Sequence record: CM051313.1
Direction: 5' to 3' (one strand)
DNA length: 32,000 nt
In this document: in pieces, positions 29,730-32,000 of the stretch
How the letters are laid out: each line of letters starts with the position of its first letter
Position numbering within the stretch: position 1 is the first letter of the stretch
Notes under the pieces: generated by a model
Databases searched by the model: none
Told to the model about the DNA's origin: nothing
Seen by the model: the letters and a program-made list of their open reading frames with translations, nothing else
Translations under genes and position numbers: made by a program

Positions 29730-31157
29730 TTAAAGTTTGTCAATAGTATCAAATTCGAATTTAATTTCTTTCCAAACTTCACATGCAGCAGCAAGTTCTG
29801 GAGACCATTTACAAGCTGAACGAATTACGTCGCCACCTTCACGAGCAAGGTCACGACCTTCGTTACGAGCTTGAGTACAAGCTTCAAGAGCTACACGGTT
29901 AGCTGCAGCACCTGGAGCGTTACCCCAAGGGTGACCTAGAGTACCACCACCGAACTGAAGACATGCGTCATCACCGAAGATTTCAACTAAAGCTGGCATG
30001 TGCCATACGTGAATACCACCTGAAGCAACTGGCATAACACCTGGCATTGAACACCAGTCTTGAGTGAAGTAAATACCACGGCTACGGTCTTTTTCAACGT
30101 AGTCATCACGCATTAAGTCTACGAAACCTAGAGTAACTTCACGTTCACCTTCTAGTTTACCTACAACAGTACCAGAGTGAAGGTGGTCACCACCAGACAT
30201 ACGAAGAGCTTTAGCAAGAACACGGAAGTGAATACCGTGGTTACGTTGACGGTCAATAACCGCGTGCATAGCACGGTGGATGTGTAGAAGAAGACCGTTG
30301 TCACGACAGTAGATAGCTAATGAAGTGTTAGCTGTGAAACCACCTGTTAAGTAGTCGTGCATAATAATAGGTACACCTAATTCTTTAGCACATACTGCAC
30401 GTTTCATCATTTCTTCACAAGTACCAGCAGTAGCGTTTAAGTAGTGACCTTTAACTTCACCTGTTTCTGCTTGAGCTTTGTAAATAGCTTCAGCAACGAA
30501 AAGGAAACGGTCACGCCAACGCATGAATGGTTGTGAGTTTACGTTTTCGTCGTCTTTAGTAAAGTCAAGACCACCACGTAAACATTCATAAACTGCACGA
30601 CCGTAGTTTTTAGCTGAAAGACCTAATTTAGGTTTGATTGTACAACCTAAAAGACCACGACCATATTTGTTTAATTTGTCACGTTCTACCTGAATACCGT
30701 GTGGAGGACCTACGAATGTTTTAACGTAAGCAGGTGGAATACGAAGGTCTTCAAGACGTAGAGCACGTAAAGCTTTGAAACCGAATACGTTACCTACAAT
30801 AGAAGTGAACATGTTAGTTACTGAACCTTCTTCGAATAAGTCGATTGGGTAAGCTACGTAAGCAATGTATTGGTTGTCTTCACCCGGAACTGGTTCGATA
30901 TCGTAACAACGACCTTTGTAACGGTCAAGACTTGTTAAACCGTCAGTCCATACTGTAGTCCATGTACCTGTTGAAGATTCAGCAGCTACAGCAGCACCAC
31001 ATTCTTCAGGTGGAACACCTGGTTGTGGAGTCATACGGAATGCAGCTAAAATATCAGTATCTCTTACTACGTAATCAGGTGTGTAGTATGTTAAACGGTA
31101 GTCTTTTACACCGGCTTTGAATCCAGCACCTGCTTTAGTTTCTGTTTGTGGAACCAT
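29730..31157 (-). CDS. rbcL: RuBisCO large subunit
   Basis: 475-aa [55 protein letters not shown] and [18 protein letters not shown] are form IB RbcL. The sequence is as I recall for C. reinhardtii. Confidence 0.99.
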   Translation of the reverse strand: MVPQTETKAGAGFKAGVKDYRLTYYTPDYVVRDTDILAAFRMTPQPGVPPEECGAAVAAESSTGTWTTVWTDGLTSLDRYKGRCYDIEPVPGEDNQYIAYVAYPIDLFEEGSVTNMFTSIVGNVFGFKALRALRLEDLRIPPAYVKTFVGPPHGIQVERDKLNKYGRGLLGCTIKPKLGLSAKNYGRAVYECLRGGLDFTKDDENVNSQPFMRWRDRFLFVAEAIYKAQAETGEVKGHYLNATAGTCEEMMKRAVCAKELGVPIIMHDYLTGGFTANTSLAIYCRDNGLLLHIHRAMHAVIDRQRNHGIHFRVLAKALRMSGGDHLHSGTVVGKLEGEREVTLGFVDLMRDDYVEKDRSRGIYFTQDWCSMPGVMPVASGGIHVWHMPALVEIFGDDACLQFGGGTLGHPWGNAPGAAANRVALEACTQARNEGRDLAREGGDVIRSACKWSPELAAACEVWKEIKFEFDTIDKL

Positions 31158-31261
31158 TTATATAAATAAATGTAACTTCTTTTGACGATCCTAAAATAAT
31201 CTGTCCGGAAATATAATTTAAAAATTGTTGAAAAATTTTAAATACATTTAAATATATTATA
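31158..31261 (-). promoter_or_regulatory. rbcL 5' UTR (about 92 nt) plus a TATAAT -10 box at 31256-31261
   Basis: The minus strand reads ATATATAATATATTTAAATGTATTTAAAATTTTTCAACAATTTTTAAATTATATTTCCGGACAGATTATTTTAGGATCGTCAAAAGAAGTTACATTTATTTATATAAATG. TATAAT lies about 7 nt upstream of AAATGTATT, matching my memory of the mapped rbcL 5' end about 92-93 nt before the ATG. Confidence 0.6.
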
Positions 31262-31593
31262 TATTTAGAAATAAAAAATAATGTAAACTAGCAAATTTAT
31301 GTACTTGTCTTATCAGTCGAGCATAGAAAGGGCCTTTAGGTATATGTCGGTCGTCTTACGCAGTTTACTTACTAAAACCATGTATATTCCTGTCAGGGGA
31401 TAAGCGAGGCCACTGTTCACTCCTCTCCAATATAGTAGACTTTATTAGAGGCAGTGTTTATATACCATAAACGTCAAAAGTCATTTTTATAACTGGATCT
31501 CAAAATACCTATAAACCCATTGTTCTTCTCTTTTAGCTCTAAGAACAATCAATTTATAAATATATTTATTATTATGCTATAATATAAATACTA

Positions 31594-31653
31594 TATAAAT
31601 ACATTTACCTTTTTATAAATACATTTACCTTTTTATAAATACATTTACCTTTT
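31594..31653. repeat. 20-nt perfect tandem repeat, 3 units
   Basis: TATAAATACATTTACCTTTT at 31594-31613, 31614-31633 and 31634-31653. A partial TATAAATAC lies at 31583-31591. Confidence 0.95.
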
Positions 31654-31787
31654 TTTTAATTTGCATGATTTTAATGCTTATGCTATCTTTTTTATTTAGT
31701 CCATAAAACCTTTAAAGGACCTTTTCTTATGGGATATTTATATTTTCCTAACAAAGCAATCGGCGTCATAAACTTTAGTTGCTTACG

Positions 31788-31890
31788 ACGCCTGTGGACG
31801 TCCCCCCCTTCCCCTTACGGGCAAGTAAACTTAGGGATTTTAATGCAATAAATAAATTTGTCCTCTTCGGGCAAATGAATTTTAGTATTT
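31788..31890. repeat. SDR fragment in the spacer upstream of rbcL
   Basis: GGACGTCCCCCCCTTCCCCTTACGGGCAAGTAAACTTAGGGATTTTAATGCAATAAATAAATTTGTCCTCTTCGGGCAAATGAATTTTAGTATT combines the same motifs as the other clusters. Confidence 0.85.
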
Positions 31891-32000
31891 AAATATGACA
31901 AGGGTGACCCATTACTTTTGTTAACAAGTGATCTTACCACTCACTATTTTTGTTGAATTTTAAACTTATTTAAAATTCTCGAGAAAGATTTTAAAAATAA

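Overview
This window reads as chloroplast DNA of Chlamydomonas reinhardtii or a very close relative. I base that on gene content, the 475-aa RbcL and 735-aa PsaB sequences, a split rpoB, a giant rpoC2, and GC-rich short dispersed repeats (SDRs) carrying GGTACC and GACGTC cores in otherwise AT-rich spacers. Gene order: ycf4 (5' end only), rps9, psbE, trnM(CAU), rpoB2 and rpoB1 on the minus strand; psbF, psbL, petG, rps3, rpoC2, trnY(GUA), trnQ(UUG) and psaB on the plus strand; trnG(UCC) and rbcL on the minus strand. The window ends in the spacer upstream of rbcL, which by the recalled gene order faces atpA. Most spacers around the rpo and rps genes are filled with SDR clusters. Most genes are followed by a perfect inverted repeat of the kind that defines chloroplast mRNA 3' ends. 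I see no CRISPR array, transposase, defence locus or other novel gene system, and all long ORFs outside the listed genes look spurious. The observations most worth a second look concern the repeats. An identical 37-nt SDR hairpin element lies inside the rpoB2 and rpoC2 ORFs and is read in two different frames. Several degraded SDR footprints lie inside the lineage-specific expansions of rpoC2 and rps9. One SDR hairpin carries two compensatory base-pair changes. The rpoB gene is broken exactly in a short variable loop. The architecture itself (split rpoB, enlarged rpoC2 and rps3, SDRs) is already described for this plastome. The repeat-into-coding and covariation points are my own inferences from the sequence.
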